Part shown: piece after piece, positions 27,201 to 38,439 of the stretch | How the letters are laid out: the number at the start of each line of letters is the position of its first letter | How positions within the stretch are numbered: position 1 is the stretch's first letter | Source of the DNA: Chiloscyllium plagiosum | Lineage: Eukaryota | Length of the DNA stretch: 64,000 nt | Assembly: GCF_004010195.1 (NCBI RefSeq) | Contig: NC_057749.1 | Location: forward strand, 9,594,572 to 9,658,571 | Direction of reading: 5' to 3' | Position numbers and translations under genes: made by a program | The notes under the pieces: generated by a model | The model's input: the letters and a program-made list of their open reading frames with translations, nothing else | What the model was told of the DNA's origin: nothing | The model's database searches: none

Positions 27201-28469
27201 GTTAATGGGGCACATCAGTGAATGTTCATTCCATATGTCACTTGGCTAGTTTCTCTGTCTAAGTTTGTTTCTTTATTCCCCTAGTGCCAGTCAGCAGATG
27301 GTTTTGACTGCAGAGGCTAGCGGAAAGGGTCTGCATTTTGCTAGCACCTCTCATAACCTCAGGTCATGCCAAAACACTGAACAGCTGACCAAGTACTTTT
27401 GAAATGTAATCACTGCTGGAGCGTGCACAGTAAGATCCCAAAAGCAGCGAATTACATTATGTATTTTAGTGACGTTGATTGAGAGATGGACTTTGGGTCA
27501 AGAAGTCCAGAAGTCTCCTATTTCTCTTGGAGATACTGGCCAGGCCTATCTTTCACCCACGACATTCATCTTTCAAAGGGTGACCCACTGACTACTATAC
27601 ATTCAGACCTAAGGGAATGCAGCCTTGGAATAGGGAAGAAGGGCAAAAGTGTCAGTGGCTGAGGTGATCAGAGTTCTTGCAGAAATCAAGTCCTCAGTGT
27701 ATGGTGACAAATCAGAAAAATCGCAAAATAATACACTCAGAAGTGCTTAGTCTAGTGTCAAAGTGAAGGATGGCATGGAGTATGGGGAAAAGGCAGGAAA
27801 GGGGAGTTGAGGATTATCCAATCAGCCATGATTTCATTGAATGGGAAAACAGATCAGATGGGCTGAATAGTCTACTTCTGCTCCTACATGGTATTTACTG
27901 CATATGGCACAGAGCAACAGGAAATCCAAAACGTCTGTCTAATCCACAATACTTCAGCTGGCAAAGGGTTACAAACAAGTTGAACACAGCTCATCACAAC
28001 AACAATTAGGGATGGGCCACAATTTCTAGATTGGCCAGCGACACACACATACATCCTCTGAGAGAACTTTTAAGTACTGTCTTCCAGAAAATCCATTTGC
28101 AGTTAGGCCTTACCCCCATTATAAGTTGGCACCCCTCCAGTACCTTCCCAAATTGCTATTTGACCACAGTAGGAATCACAGCAACACCCACATTCAGCAC
28201 AACCTGCTAACTACACGCCAGCAGAAGGAATAACAACAGGGGGCTGACCATCACTACACCCCCACCCACCAAGGTTGCAAATCCAATTGTAGCAAATACT
28301 CCAGCAGCTCGGAACCCAGAGTCCTGTGGTCTCAGATACTTTGTAAGCCAACAGCACAAATGACATTACCTAGCAACAGGATTACAGCTCAGCTTGCCCA
28401 GTCAAAATTGCAATTGTTTATACTTCTTCCAAATGATGGCTCCTTCATTCCTGTTCCACATGTATATAG

Positions 28470-28689
28470 TGTTGTGCTTGGAACAAGGTCAGCCGGGTGG
28501 ATCTCAGAGTATGAGATCCTCCACTGGAGCTGTTAACCTGGCCCAATCAGGGGGCCCTGGCTAACAGAGATAAACAGGAGTGTCTGAGGTTCTGCTCACT
28601 CTGAGAACGGGCTCTAAGGGAGCTGGATCAATGTGTATAAATAAAGGGTAACTTGGTGACAGGATACTGGCCCCTGAGGAGTTATTTCA
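28470..28689 (+). mobile_element. Short solo LTR
   Basis: TG...CA ends with CCAAT, TATA-like gataaa and AATAAA in order. Confidence 0.55.
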
Positions 28690-28894
28690 GAGTGCTCCAG
28701 CAACAGATTTCCTTGTCCCATTTGTATTGGAGTGTTCCGGCTAATTGTAAACACATAACACCACAGTCTATTAACACTCAAATAATAGACTATCGAAGAA
28801 AAAATAGGGGAAGAATAACTGACATTTGGGTTTGTTCTTATCCAGCTGAATAAGAAACAATATTTCTCCAAAAGGACCCAGCACAGTTACAGCA

Positions 28895-29215
28895 GGCTGA
28901 CATTCCATACATTACTGAGGGAGTGCTGCCCTGCTGGAGGTCAGATTGGATAAGACATTAATCTAAATAAGACGTTAATCCTACCTGCACTCTATGGTTG
29001 TCCGAAAGGATCCCGGAGCACCATTCACACACGAGGCAGACAGTTCTGGTCAATATTTACCAGTAAAAAAACAAAATGAATTAATCAGGGTTGTGGGATC
29101 GTACCATGCACACATCACCTGCTGCTTTTCATTCACTGGAGCAGGGACAAAGTACTTCATTGCCTGAAAAGCACTTTGGGTGTCTTGGAAGCCCGAAGGA
29201 TATTGTATAACTACA
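28895..29215 (+). mobile_element. DeuSINE (SacSINE1/AmnSINE-like) remnant
   Basis: ggctgaca..tactgagggagtgctgc..ggagg..gacgttaa. Related copies near 16500, 23420, 57010 and 60740. Confidence 0.6.
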
Positions 29216-29317
29216 GGTTGCGCCTTTGTTTTCATTATATGTACTTCTATCTTGAACTGAAATTTAGTTCCAGTCTTCTGAGAAAATGGGCTTGATTGCT
29301 GAGGAATGGGCTACAAA

Positions 29318-29600
29318 CTGTGACTCCTGTCGTTAGATCCTGCACTCCCTCATTCAACTCCTTGGCCAACTCCGTGTTGTCAATAAACACTCTTCCTATG
29401 GTGTGCAGGGCAGACTGGTAAAACATCTCCTGCCGCGCCTCACTAAAATGCATCCATCCATAATTGTGTTTTGATTTCCAGGTTTGCTGTGGACCAGAAA
29501 GCATTCATATCCAGTTGAAATAAAACTAGTTTATATGCTGTACAGAAATCCAATGTTATAAATCTGATATACGTTAGGTGAAACAGGCTCTTTTCTGTTG
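29318..29600 (-). pseudogene. Exon 16 remnant (second dCache): SFISTGYECFLVHSKPG / EARQEMFYQSALHTIGRVFIDNTELAKELNEGVQDLTTGVT
   Basis: Coding-like third-position GC bias. Parallels the dCache pattern YxxT..G...YPG ... DPxxRxWYxxA...G. Frameshift between the two blocks. Confidence 0.65.
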
Positions 29601-30090
29601 CCAGTTGAATTAAGATGTAAGGATACATTGCTGATAACAACAGCACTCTCAATGCTGATAAGAGGACAAGTTTAGTGTCTCCAATTCAAGCCACTTCTTA
29701 TTTTACAACAGTTAGCCTTTAAAGTGCTCAGAACGTGGGGTTATATTAATTCTCTGAGCTCAAACACAGCATGAGCTGAGCAAAGTGTGCTTTACCCATA
29801 CATTTAATTCTTTCAACTAAAACCAATCACCATTCTGTCAATTAACATTACTGTTCCCCACAGTCATTCCAACTGCATTATTAGCAGCATATGTGGGTGG
29901 GACACTGCCCGTCACTGAGTCCATTCAACTGCCAATAGACAAAGCCCAACACCCTTCACAGTTCACACAATTTCTTGTGGATCCTTACTGTGCGCTGTTG
30001 GGTAAGAGCAGTCTCTGGAAGAAAGGAGCAAAATTCACTTTTCCCCATCCCCCTCACTTTGCTTTTGTCAGCCATGCCTTCAGTTTTCAA

Positions 30091-30302
30091 GTCAAGATTA
30101 GAGCGGTGCTGGAAAAGCACAGCAAGTCAGGCAGCATCCGACGAGCAGGAAAATTGACATTCCGGGCAAAAGCCCTTTCTCATTCCTGATGAAGGGAATC
30201 GATTTTCCTGCTCCTCGGATGCTGCCTGACCTGCTGTGCTTTTCCAGCACCACACTAATCTTGACTGATCTCCAGCACCTGCAGTCCTCCCATTCGCCTT
30301 CA
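30091..30302. mobile_element. Fold-back Penelope end element
   Basis: ~70-bp inverted arms. 12-bp TSD ttcagttttcaa at 30079-30090 and 30303-30314. Confidence 0.88.
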
Positions 30303-30748
30303 TTCAGTTTTCAAAACTCTAATCTCGTGAATTTAGTCCCTGCCTCTCTCTCTTAAAACTACTTAATTAACCAAGCTTTTCGGTGCCCCTTCTATGTCTT
30401 AGTGTCAATATTCGTCTCACCACATTCCTGCGAAATGCCTTTGGACATTCTGCAACACCGCAGTGCTATATAAATGCAAGTCATCGTCAAGGATCTCAGT
30501 CCTACTCATTGTCTAATGGCAGAGAAATAAGCTGCTTGCTGATATTTAATTCAGCCTCTCCAGGGCCACTCAGCTCTTGGCTTTATTAGACCCTTGGTTC
30601 AAACATGGACAAAAAGAGCTGAATTCCAGAGGGGAGGTGACAGTGACTGCCCATGACATCAACTCCCCAAACGGCTGAATCTTGTGTCATTGGGAACCGG
30701 GAAAAGCTCTCCCCTGGTTAGAGTCATAACTGGCACACAGATGGTTAT

Positions 30749-30867
30749 AAGCCTTTCATCAGGAAAAACGTTCACTCTCCTACTCCTCGGATGCTGCCTG
30801 ACCTGCTGTGTTTTTCCAGTGCCATACTTTTCAACTCTGACTCTCCAGCATCTGCAGTCCTCACTTT
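30749..30867 (+). mobile_element. Penelope end fragment inserted in a LINE
   Basis: 15-bp TSD cacacagatggttat at 30734-30748 and 30868-30882. Confidence 0.85.
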
Positions 30868-31319
30868 CACACAGATGGTTATGGTTGGCAAACATCTCAG
30901 CTTCAGGACATTTCCGCAGGAGCTTCTTGTAATAGATATTTTTTCTAATCAACACATTCAGAGATGCTATTGCAAACTTCTAGATCAGTTGGGACTTGAA
31001 CCCAAGCCTCCTGATTCAGTGTTAGGGACACTACCCCTGTGCCACAAGATTCCCCAGTTTCTCAGGGTATTATCCTGAGCTTAACTGCCTTTGACTGCTT
31101 CAATTACTTCACAAGGTTCAGGGTTACCAAGTCGCTCCCCCTCCAAGGATTGTCCCAGAGTCTCCCATGAATTGAAGAATACAGTGCTGTACACATCATC
31201 CAGGAGAAAGGTCACTGGGACATTTAGGAATTAACAGTGGAGCTAGAATGAGTCTGTTCATTTTCCAGTCACTGTAGAATGAACATGTTGGGAAACCAAT
31301 AAATGGTATGTGGGAGGAG

Positions 31320-31512
31320 GGGAATGGAGGTAGAAGACCACGCAATGACACTTCCAGGAATATAACCAGCCAGAGATGGCAACTGTGCAATGTGTAAGCC
31401 TGAAACTTGGCATGCCCTTGTGTACAGGATGTTTTGATAACACATCATCTTGTGCAGTGCCAGAAGTCTTGGGTCACTTGGCACAGTTAAAGATGTAGTT
31501 AAAATGAGCGTT
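31320..31512 (-). pseudogene. Exon 15 remnant: LTVPSDPRLLALHKMM...RACQVSGLHIAQLPSLAGYIPGS
   Basis: Resembles recalled CACHD1 NTVPSSKLLYHRL...SACLHFKQLA. Splice sites not identifiable. Confidence 0.55.
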
Positions 31513-31850
31513 TGGAGAAATATTTGATGAAAATGGTTACAATTTTCCTCATTGAGCAAGAGGTCAGGTATTGTACATCATTAAAACCTTACTGTGCCTG
31601 TACACTATGACAGCTATTGTTAAAATAGATTAATGGTAGATATTGTTTTTCTATTGGCTATTCCATAGAAGCTGATTCTGCAGTTTGATTTAAGCTTGCA
31701 CTTTGCCTTCTTTCTCTTTTAGTAATAATACATAGTCCCTAAAACGACAGCATGAACAAAGCACAATCTTTGCTTCACCCACTCAACATGATAGCCACTC
31801 ATCAGATCAAGGCGCTATGGTGAGGTCAGACAAATAGGAAGGCTGACTGC

Positions 31851-31965
31851 CTTTTCCCCCTTTTCTCTGGAGGATTCCTGTTGAAGGAGTACTTTCTCTA
31901 CATGCGCACTCCTGCTCCAGCTTGAAGCAGACGCTGAATCTCATTCGATCCAAGTTATGGAAACT
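31851..31965 (-). pseudogene. Exon 14: SFHNLDRMRFSVCFKLEQECACRESTPSTGILQRKGGK
   Basis: ttgcag acceptor at phase 0. Resembles YYTDIKGTPFSLGVAL. Donor appears as AAG|gcagtc. Confidence 0.6.
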
Positions 31966-32416
31966 CTGCAATTTTATTTTCCCCAAAAAGTTGCTCTTGC
32001 CAAGTGAGTTCTGCTGGCAAAGCCAGAATTTCTTGCCCATCCTTAATTGCCCCCGAGAAAATGCCTGGATCTCATCTGCTCTCTGAAATGCCTTGGTTGG
32101 GCACTCACTGGAACTGCTCATGATGTCAAGTGGTGACCAAGGTGGGCTCCACAAATGGCAATAGTGGCACTGCCACACAAAACCAGCTGTTGCAGGTTCT
32201 ACTGAGGGCTGTGTCCACAGAGTGGCTGAGATGAAATCAGACAGGAGGAAGCCAATGCCACACAGGTGAGAAAATGCCTGGTTCCCCCAGGTTCAGTCTG
32301 GCTAATTTCAGATGTAGCAAATCAGCAGAGCATCACAAATTGAGCTCTCAGCCCCTGCCATAATAGGGGTGGAGAATAAAAGGTGAGCTGTGGTTGCTGC
32401 CCAGATATCTATTCAG

Positions 32417-33254
32417 TGATGATGATGCTGCTCCTTTAAAAAGGTTGTGTTGTCCCTTGTTTTATTCAAGTGCTCTATGAGGCAGAGTTGCTCTGCTTGA
32501 AAGGCTTTCAAGTTTTAAAAAAACAGTTGTATAATGAAAATGGGAGTGGCCAGTTCTCCCAGCTCAGATTTCCTCTGGTTTTAGCAGTCAGTCAGTTTTG
32601 AGGCTGCTGGTCAAAGAAACAGTTACATGGAAGAATGTGTCCCATGCTGAATCTCTCTGACTTCTCTCCTGTAAGACTTTGTGTTTGATTTTACCTTTTG
32701 TGTCAAGGGGTGTTTATGGGAGTTGTTGCAAGTATTTGGAACAGCATCATTAAGTTGGGGATAACCTGTTGGGTTTTCAGATCGGTTAAGTAATTCTATA
32801 TACTTTTCTCTTTTGTTTGTTATTCATTCGGTAATCTTGCAAATAAATTCTGTTTTGCTTAAAACTAAGTGGTTGGACCAACTGCATCTCTCCTAGAATA
32901 TCTATTCTACACCTGCTTGAAACAACTTGCAAAGTTAGGGCCCAAGCTATGTTCTTGAAATGTTTTGAAGAGGTCTGGCCTGATCCATAAAAGACTGGGG
33001 GCTTGTTCTATTGTTCCGATTGAAGTTCATTAAGTTGCGATAGAGTTGATTGGGTTTTCAAATAGTTATGTTGTTCTAAATTTAGTTTTCTTCTGTTAGT
33101 TTTAAACAAAACAGACTTTATTTATACACTAAGTGGTTGGGCCAGCTGCATCTCTCCTGGAATATCCACTTACACCTACATAAAGTAACTAGAAAAGTTA
33201 GGGTCTGGTGTATCTTTTTGAAATATTTTGAGGGGATCCGGCCTGGTCCATAGC
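32417..33254 (+). mobile_element. Internally deleted LTR element (5' LTR, tRNA-Pro PBS remnant, 3' LTR end)
   Basis: LTR 3' sequence repeated (32860-32990 vs 33128-33254). tgggggcttgt follows the first copy. Confidence 0.7.
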
Positions 33255-33674
33255 ATCAGTGAGACAAAAGAACCCAAGAAACAGTAGCAGGAGTGGACCA
33301 TTCAGCCCATCAAACCTGAATGTGAGAAATTATGAAGCAAACACAAGAATGATGAATAGGATTAGACCATTCGGCCCATCAAACCTGCTCTTGACTGAGA
33401 TAATGGATAATCTTGGGCTTCAATTCCACACTCCCACCACTCTCACCTTCCATTGATTCCCCATGAGACTAACATTCTACCTGTCTCAGCTTTACGTGAA
33501 TTGGAAAAAAGTGCATCTATAAGCATGGGATAGAGAATTCCAAATATTCCCAATCTGGGTGAGAGTGTTGAGAACAGGTTTGACATGTGGCATTTCCACC
33601 AACACATGATGCCACCTGCACTTGAAACAGGGCTGCCCACATTAATGCCTGTGAAATCATATCTGACAATAAAT

Positions 33675-33970
33675 CACAGTGGCTCCGTGGTTAGCACTGC
33701 TGCATCACCGCACCAGGGACTCAGGTTCAATTCCACCTTCGGGTGACTGGGTGACATTTGTGCATTCTCCCTGTGTCTGCGTGGGTTTCCTGCAGGGGCT
33801 CTGGTTTCCTCCCACAGTCCAAAGATGTGCAAGGTTAGCTGGATTGGCCTTGGGAAATACAGGGTTATGGGGACAGGCTAGGGGGCTCAGTCTGGTTGGG
33901 ATGCTCTTCGGAGGGTTAGTGTGGACTCGATGATCTGAATGGCTTCTTCCACACTGTAGGGATTGAATGA
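33675..33970 (+). mobile_element. HE1 SINE
   Basis: Head, V-domain and tail. Confidence 0.8.
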
Positions 33971-34324
33971 TTCAGTCCCATCAGGAGAGGAGGGGGAAAT
34001 CAAATGGAAGGAAAAACTCAATGTATTTATTTAATGTAGTGAAATGCCCCAAATCAATTCTTGAGGGCATAATCAGACAAGATTTGACTAAGAGTCACAC
34101 AAGGGGAACTTAAGATGGGAGCCCTTATTTATGGGAGCCCAAAAGCTTGACCACATACATGTTTTGAGGAAAGTTTTCAACAAACAAGGAGATGTAGTGG
34201 GGCTGAGAGGCCAAACAAGGGACTTGCAGATTTTAGGATCCAAGCAGCAAAGCCACAGCTACTTACCTTGAAGTGATTGAGATCAGGAGGCAGCAAGATG
34301 CCAGAGTGAAAGGAGTGCAGAGAT

Positions 34325-34570
34325 CATTCTTAGAATCCTTACAGTGTGGAAACAGGCCATTTGGCCCAACAACTCCACACCGACCTTCCAAAGAGTAACC
34401 CACCCAGACCTATTCCCCCTACCCTACTACTCTACATTTACCCCTGAACACTGGGCAATCCACCTAACCTGCCCATCTCTGGATTCTGGAAGGAAACGGG
34501 ACCACCCAGGGGAAACCCACACAAACACAGGGAGACTGTGCAAACTCCATGGAGACAGTCACCCTAGGCT
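34325..34570 (-). mobile_element. HE1 SINE fragment
   Basis: V-domain plus tail. Confidence 0.75.
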
Positions 34571-34732
34571 GGGAGTCATGGCTGGTTGTAGGATTGGTAG
34601 AGTTTGCAGAGATAGGGAGGGGTACGACCATAAGCAAAGGGGGTGGCGAGGGGTAATGGGTAGTGGCAATGTGGAAGCAAAGACAGGAAAAACAAGCAAG
34701 AAGAAATTTTTAAGATCCATTTACAGTTTTAC

Positions 34733-34912
34733 CTCAATAATCATATCCCTTCCCAGAAGTGCTGCTTTACAATGCGTGTATATACAAAGCATGCCCTGTT
34801 GTTTTTTTTCATTCGAGAATAATTCAATCCAGACCAAATTTAAGTTGCGCAGTTGGGAGCAAGTGCCAGTGGGAGTGGTGCAATCAGGAAGCATTCCTTC
34901 ATAAATCCTTCT
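34733..34912 (-). pseudogene. Exon 13: RRIYEGMLPD...LRNLNLVWIELFSNEKK...ALLGRDMIIE
   Basis: 180 nt open, phase 0 to 0, GAG|gtaaaa donor. NLNLVWIEL resembles alpha2delta TLDFLDAEL. Confidence 0.72.
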
Positions 34913-34974
34913 CTGCTTATGCACTTGAATCAGATTCACAATTGACTGCGCACTTCTCATAAGAACAGGGACAT

Positions 34975-35675
34975 GGACTATTTTTTAACACGGAGAAGGG
35001 CTTCAGAAATCTGAAGGTTAATGTGCAGGCTCAGTTGACTATTAGGAAGGACAACGTGATGTCAGTATTGATTTCAGGATGGCTAGAAAGCAAGAGCAGT
35101 GAAGTATTGCTGAGGCTGTATAATGCTGTGGTAGACTACCTTTGGAATATTGCAAGCAGTTTTGGACCATGCATCTGAGGAAGGACGTGCTGGTTTTGGA
35201 GGGACTCCAACGAGGTTCACAGCAGTGATCCCGGGGACGAAGGCCTTGTTGTTATAAAGGAATGGTTAAGGAATCTGGGTCTGTACTCGGAGTTCTGAAA
35301 GATGAGAAGGGGGATTTTATTGGAATTGATTGAATACTGAGAGGCCAAGATAAAGTGGGCGCGGAGAAGACTTTTCCACGAGCAAGAGAGACTAGGATCC
35401 TAGGGCACAGCTTCAGATTGTAGGGACAACCCTTTAGAATGGAGATGAGGAGGAATGTTTTTCAGCCAGAGGGTGGTGAATCTGTGGAACTCATTGCTCA
35501 GGAGGGTTGTGGAGGCCAGATCATCAAGTATATTTAAAACATAGGTTCTCAATTGGTAAAAAGAATCAAGAATTACAGGAGAAGGCAGGAGAATGGGGTT
35601 GAGAAACATATCAATGGCAGAGCAAATTCGATGGGCCGAATGGCCTAATTCCTCTCCTATATCTTAAGGTCTTAT
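34975..35675 (+). mobile_element. CR1 LINE 3' fragment
   Basis: LEYCKQFW and FSQRVVNLWNSL. Confidence 0.85.
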
Positions 35676-35681
35676 AGTTAC

Positions 35682-35779
35682 TTGCGGGTCAGTTAAAGTG
35701 AAGGGCTTACTACCTGTGCAACAAATGTAGAGAACGGTGCACTGAGTAGTGCAATATGCCATGGAATTTTAATTGTTAC
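35682..35779 (-). pseudogene. Exon 12 (cache), 1-nt deletion: VTIKIPWHIALLSAPFSTFVA/GSKPFTLTDPQ
   Basis: 98 nt (one short of 99), CAA|gtaact donor. Proline spacing matches recalled VGTDVPVKELLKTIP, and FTLTDPQ resembles FAIDPNG. Confidence 0.68.
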
Positions 35780-36283
35780 CTTAATTCAGAGAAAGAGAAG
35801 CTTTGTTGTCTGTGGCATTTTTCTCAACTCCAAAGCAATTAGCATCCAATAAAGTGATATTTTAGAACTACTTACCAAAGGTATGACAGAAACATAGCAA
35901 CCAATTTGTACACAGCAAACTCCATGATAATTTGAGCAGGCAAGCGTCTTTCAGTGATGTTGGTTGGAAGGGAGATTATGGGCCAGATCACCAGGCTAAA
36001 TGCTCTTGCTCTTCAGAATAATGCCATGCGATCGATTGCATCCATTTCGGGACAGAAGGTAGCTTGGTGGAGAAAGACTGCATTGTGACACTGCAGCTGT
36101 CCCTCAGTGCTGCACTGGAGTATCAGCCTGGATTATGTGCTCAAGTTAAACGTGGCAAAGGAATAACACCTGAAATGTTTACACTGCTTCTCGGATCGAC
36201 TGATTGTTCAAATATGTTCCAAGTATAGGCCCAAAGTCCTGGCAATCTTGCCTTCAAAGCTTAGGTAATTCAGCCTTTCTTAC

Positions 36284-36378
36284 CATTAAAGCTCATGTTC
36301 GTAGCTAGTCTAAGTTGAAATTGGTCAACTCGGTCATTTGGGAAGGACTGTTTTTACAGTTTCATTGGTGGCTAGACG
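36284..36378 (-). pseudogene. Possible exon 11 (frameshifted): RLATNETVKTV/FPNDRVDQFQLRLATNMSFN
   Basis: tttag acceptor and strong ATG|gtaaga donor in unique DNA, but no clear motif and phase unresolved. Confidence 0.3.
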
Positions 36379-36895
36379 CTAAATCATAACATGAACAACC
36401 TCTTCTGTTAGCAACTTCAGAATCTGGAATTAAATGTCCTTCATTGACTCCATTGTGCACGGAATGTGACTTAGAACAAGGAGTAGGCCGTTCAGCCTTT
36501 TGAGTCTGTTTCCACATTCAATGAGATCCTGGCTGATCTGTCGCCTAACTCCACATAACCTTGAGCAGAAAGCTTGAATACCCTTTACCTTTGTGATCAA
36601 ATGCAGTATCAGGTACAGCAATGGCAGATTTTACTGTCTGGCAAAGTATTTCTGTCCTGAAGTCTGAACCCAGTTGTCCACTGTACAAGACAAGTATTTA
36701 CCGTGAGGAAAGTTCCTCAGCCCTGTTCTGTTCTGCTAACCGTCCCTTGCATAGCCTCAGAAACTCAGTGTTATTGAGCAGTATGTGACTGCCCAGAATC
36801 TAACAGAATTTTCCCCAAATGTAGCCAAGCTCCTCACCCACATAATGGGCAAGAATAGATACTCTGGAGCACTACCCCAAAACCACCATTTAGTA

Positions 36896-37089
36896 TGAGT
36901 GTGTGGTGCTGGAAAAGCACAGCAGGTCAGGCAGCATACGAGGAGCAGGAGAATCAATGTTTCAGGCAAAAGCCATACCTGATGAAGGGCTTTTGTCCAA
37001 AACGTCGATTCTCCTGCTCCTCGGATACTGCCTGACCTGCTGTGCTTTTCCAGCACCACACTCTCGACTCTCCAGCATCCTCACTTTTG
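36896..37089. mobile_element. Fold-back Penelope end element
   Basis: Inverted arms. TSD ccaccattt(a/t)gta at 36883-36895 and 37090-37102. Confidence 0.88.
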
Positions 37090-37221
37090 CCACCATTTTG
37101 TACACTCAGGACAGAGCAGAAAATGTAATCTGGGAGCTGTACAAATTATTCTTTACTACGTGAGGCAGAAATGATTCATTCGTGTCTTTTTTTGAGATTA
37201 ATCAAAACTGCACTAACCTGT

Positions 37222-37417
37222 ATAAAACCAAAAGAGCTGCGGATGCTGTAAATCAGAAACAAAAACAGAAGTTGCTGGATAAGCTGAGCAGGTCTGGCAG
37301 CATCTGTGAAGAGAAATCAGAGTTAATGTTTCGGATCAGAAACGTGAACTCTGGTTTCTCTTCACAGATGCTGCCTGACCTGCTGACTTGTTCAGCAACA
37401 TCTGCTTTTGCTTCTGC
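37222..37417. mobile_element. Fold-back Penelope end element (third family)
   Basis: ggcagcatctgtgaagagaaatcagagtt / aactctggtttctcttcacagatgctgcc. Confidence 0.8.
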
Positions 37418-37476
37418 ACGTTATTGTTTAATTGTTGTTGGGATGTTAATGATGCTGGCAAAATAATATTTTTTGC

Positions 37477-37540
37477 CCATTCTTTGTCGCACTGGAGAGC
37501 ATCAAAACCCAGTCCCAGATGATCAGGGATGACCCATTTC
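37477..37540 (-). pseudogene. Exon 10: KWVIPDHLGLGFDALQCDKEW (donor reads gcaaaa)
   Basis: gtctttcag acceptor, 64 nt, phase 2 to 0. W...D.LGLG resembles alpha2delta WTNVYxDALGLG. Confidence 0.62.
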
Positions 37541-38260
37541 CTGAAAGACACGTTGTTGATGACATTCCAACACCAATAATGGGAATTATGCATTTCCAGG
37601 AACTTGCACATTTTTGAATTCATACTTTCATTCCAAAACTGATTTGAAGACTGTTAATTTAGTCTTCTAGTCTGTCAGTTTGATGTCAACAGTCCATTTC
37701 CTAAGATGCAATAACAGAATGGATTGCACATTTGTTTCAGTCTGGAACTAATTACAGCTAATGACCAAATTTTAAAATAAAAACCCAAATGTGTAATTTA
37801 GGAACTCCCCAGAACAAACATGTCATGGTAAAATCTCGAGAGTATAATATTCCCTAGAAGCCCGTCCTGTTTAATGCATTCATTTAAATTGATTTGAGCA
37901 CCATCTTAATATATGGCTTAAAGTTAGGAGGTTCTGAAGTACAATAAATCAGACTAAAGGAACTGTGCACAAAGGTATGAATAGATGATTTTTGTTTTGG
38001 GATACCCACCATCAAAGCCAATTAAAATAATTTTCACCAATTAAAAGAACAGGTTACAACCAGAGCAGCAACAACAACAACAAACATAAGGGTGGGTGCA
38101 AGGGGGAGGGAAGGAAGGAATTAAACTAAAATGAATTTGGAGAAAACCAGCCCATTCTTTATTTAATAAATCATCACTTGTTTTAACTTGTGACACAAGT
38201 TACAAGCAGTGCCCACCAGGACTTACAAAGGCTGCTACACGCAAGGAAAACAAGCTTTAC

Positions 38261-38340
38261 CGGAGACGCCTTAACTTCAGTTTACATTAACTAGCTGATC
38301 CTCGATGGCATGGCTCCAGTTGGAGTCCGGAGCATAGGTG
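38261..38340 (-). pseudogene. Exon 9 with in-frame TAA: HLCSGLQLEPCHRGSAS*CKLKLRRLR
   Basis: attcag acceptor, CG|gtaaag donor, 80 nt. Phase 0 to 2 exactly bridges exons 8 and 10. Stop at 38287-38289. Confidence 0.6.
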
Positions 38341-38439
38341 CTGAATTGGAGGCAAGATTAACTCAATCTTTAAGACTATTGATTACATTTTGCTTTAGGA
38401 CAAAGCAACTATCTGAATAGGGACAAGCCAACATCAGTT

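Noticed and set aside
28370..28460. Possible extra exon with an AG|gtaatg donor on the minus strand
   Set aside because: Stops in the candidate frames, no recognisable motif, and adjacent to an LTR
38227..38234. 8-nt micro-exon tgtag|cagccttt|gtaagt that would also bridge phase 0 to 2
   Set aside because: It cannot be distinguished from chance without transcripts. The 80-nt exon at 38261-38340 was preferred, but the micro-exon would remove one stop and deserves a check.
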